From Azolla caroliniana (lineage: Eukaryota; Plantae; Polypodiophyta), in the NCBI GenBank assembly GCA_043228905.1, contig JBHGNT010000011.1:5766001-5830000 (forward strand): DNA of 64,000 nt, read 5' to 3'. The position numbers were made by a program, and so were the translations under genes. Below the pieces are notes generated by a model. The model did no database searches. It worked only from the letters and a program-made list of their open reading frames with translations, and was not told where the DNA came from. Below are positions 62,250 through 64,000 of the stretch, in pieces. The number at the start of each line of letters is the position of its first letter. Position 1 is the stretch's first letter.

Positions 62250-64000
62250 TGTTGGGATTACGGTCCCTTCGCATGGGATGGTCGGATATCGGAGATGAAT
62301 GCCGACGAGCCCGGTTTCGGTTTCGGATCCGGATGACGAAGACCCCGGTTTCGGTACCGGATGACGAATGTACCCGGAGAGCGATCCGGATGCAGGGACA
62401 TATCCGTGAATATGTTCGCTATGGGCCCCTGAGGCTACAGTTGTAAATAGCCCAAAGTCATATAAGTATAAATATGACTTAGGGCAAACAGTTTTGCTGT
62501 TGCTTCTCATTTTTCTGTTTTTCCACTCAAGAGGAGTGAAGTGTAAGCAGCCGTGAGAGAGAGAGAGAGAGAGATAGAGCGCGAGAGAGGAAGAGGTAGA
62601 CGCCTCTGTGTATTTCCGCCGCCTGTGGCGAGGACAGCGAGCTCAAGGTCGTCGCCTTGCAGCTCGCCATTGTATACTTCTCTGTATAGTGTTGGGTTGG
62701 AGTCTTGTACTCCCGTGGTTTTTCCCGTCTGGGTTTTCCACGTTAATCCCTGTGTACTCGCGTTCTTGTTTTTTTTTCGTGTGGTTCCTATTTTCTGCTG
62801 CATTGATCCGCGATTACTCGGTTGTGGCCGAGTGAAGAAGGTGAATCGAAGCGTCTATTCCTTACAAACTGGTATCAGAGCGACTGTTGCAGAAAATGGA
62901 AGGCGGCGGCAGCGGGCAGCCGGGGATGATGGTGCTGAATGCACAGAATTACGCCGACTGGAAGATCAAGATGGAGGATCTTCTGATTGTTCGGGACCTG
63001 TACGAACCGATTGACAGGTCGGAAATACCGAAGGGGGTACTTGAGTCGGAGTGGAAGCTCCTGAACCGGAAAGCCGTAGCGACGATCCGACAATATGTCG
63101 ATGTAAGCGTCCTACAACATGTGGCGAACGACACCAACGCATATGAGATGTGGAAGAAGCTGTCGGGCCTCTACGAGAGGAAGAATGCGTTGAACCGGAC
63201 CTCCCTGATGAGGAAGATAGTGAATCTCAAGTACCGGGACGGCGAGAGTATGGTGGAACACGTAAGCACGTTCATGGGATTCGTGAATCAGCTTGCAGCG
63301 ATCAAGTTCCCGTTGGAGGATGCAATGCAAGCCATCATCCTGATGTGTACATTGCCGGAAAGCTGGGAGAACTTGGTGGTGACTCTTAGCACCTCCTGCA
63401 CCGAAGATAACTTGTCCCTACAAATTGTAAAGACAAGTATTTTGAACGAAGAAGCGCGTCGGAGAGATAAGGAACCGGCCTCCGACCCGAAGATGTTGTT
63501 TACCGAATCGGATCGGGGAAGACAATGGAACCGGAGTCCGCAAAGACGGGAGAAGTCGGGGACCCGGTCGCAGTCAAGAGGAAGGCCCACATGCTTCCAC
63601 TGTGGGAAGCCGGGGCACTTCCGAAAGAATTGTCAGCATTACCGAAAAGACAATGGAACCGACAACACCGATTCGAAGAAGTCACCGGAGAGAAACGGTG
63701 CATACCGGGGAGCCACGGACCGGAATGGTTCGGATCGGCGAGGACAGGACCGGAAAGGAATGACGGCACTCGCGGCAAGTGAAGAGGAGATCATGCTCAT
63801 TACCGAAGAAGGTGAACTAAACATTGCCGGCGATGAGACGACCTGGGTGGTCGATTCCGGAGCATCGTTCCACCTGACCCCGGAGAGAAGATACTTCTCA
63901 TCCTACACAGCCGGCGAGCATGGCTGTGTTCGGATGGGAAACGAAGGTACGTGCCGGATTGCCGGCATAGGAGACGTGTGGTAGACAACCCCGACCGGAT
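62250..64000 (+). mobile_element. Tork/Tnt1-like Ty1/copia element, 5' part (continues beyond the window)
   Basis: LTR 62250-62866, PBS TGGTATCAGAGC 62870-62881, gag follows. Confidence 0.92.
62896..63984 (+). CDS. copia gag and protease (ends at a probable premature TAG)
   Basis: NYADWKIKMEDLL, UBN2-like gag core, CFHCGKPGHFRKNC, WVVDSGASFH. Confidence 0.88.
   Translation: MEGGGSGQPGMMVLNAQNYADWKIKMEDLLIVRDLYEPIDRSEIPKGVLESEWKLLNRKAVATIRQYVDVSVLQHVANDTNAYEMWKKLSGLYERKNALNRTSLMRKIVNLKYRDGESMVEHVSTFMGFVNQLAAIKFPLEDAMQAIILMCTLPESWENLVVTLSTSCTEDNLSLQIVKTSILNEEARRRDKEPASDPKMLFTESDRGRQWNRSPQRREKSGTRSQSRGRPTCFHCGKPGHFRKNCQHYRKDNGTDNTDSKKSPERNGAYRGATDRNGSDRRGQDRKGMTALAASEEEIMLITEEGELNIAGDETTWVVDSGASFHLTPERRYFSSYTAGEHGCVRMGNEGTCRIAGIGDVW

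Overview
Eukaryotic plant nuclear DNA. A fern or other non-seed plant is likely, inferred from the style of the PLS-PPR protein and a Tcn1-like chromovirus. A gene island (about 12-36 kb) holds four host genes: an early-nodulin-like phytocyanin (2 exons), a long PLS-class PPR gene, the GPN-loop GTPase GPN1/QQT2 (5 exons) and the intronless TPLATE-complex subunit TML. A Mutator-like DNA transposon sits in a microsatellite just upstream of GPN1. The island is flanked by two nests of LTR retrotransposons (1-10.7 kb and 38.7-64 kb) made of four copies of one Ty1/copia family, Tork-like copia pieces, two chromodomain Ty3/gypsy elements and several solo LTRs, most with readable target-site duplications (TSDs). 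The most notable signals are: (1) a chromovirus with no tRNA primer site whose PBS is exactly complementary to the predicted first 11 nt of its own transcript (Tf1-type self-priming); (2) tRNA-like Pol III A/B boxes at the outer edge of two different LTRs; (3) a MULE with unusual ends (terminal direct repeat plus hairpin plus TIR), a nested tRNA-derived SINE and a spliced C2H2 zinc-finger ORF; (4) a copia family with a conserved charged protein extension after RNase H and a duplicated PPT. All coordinates were read by eye and may be off by a few bases; no database searches were run.
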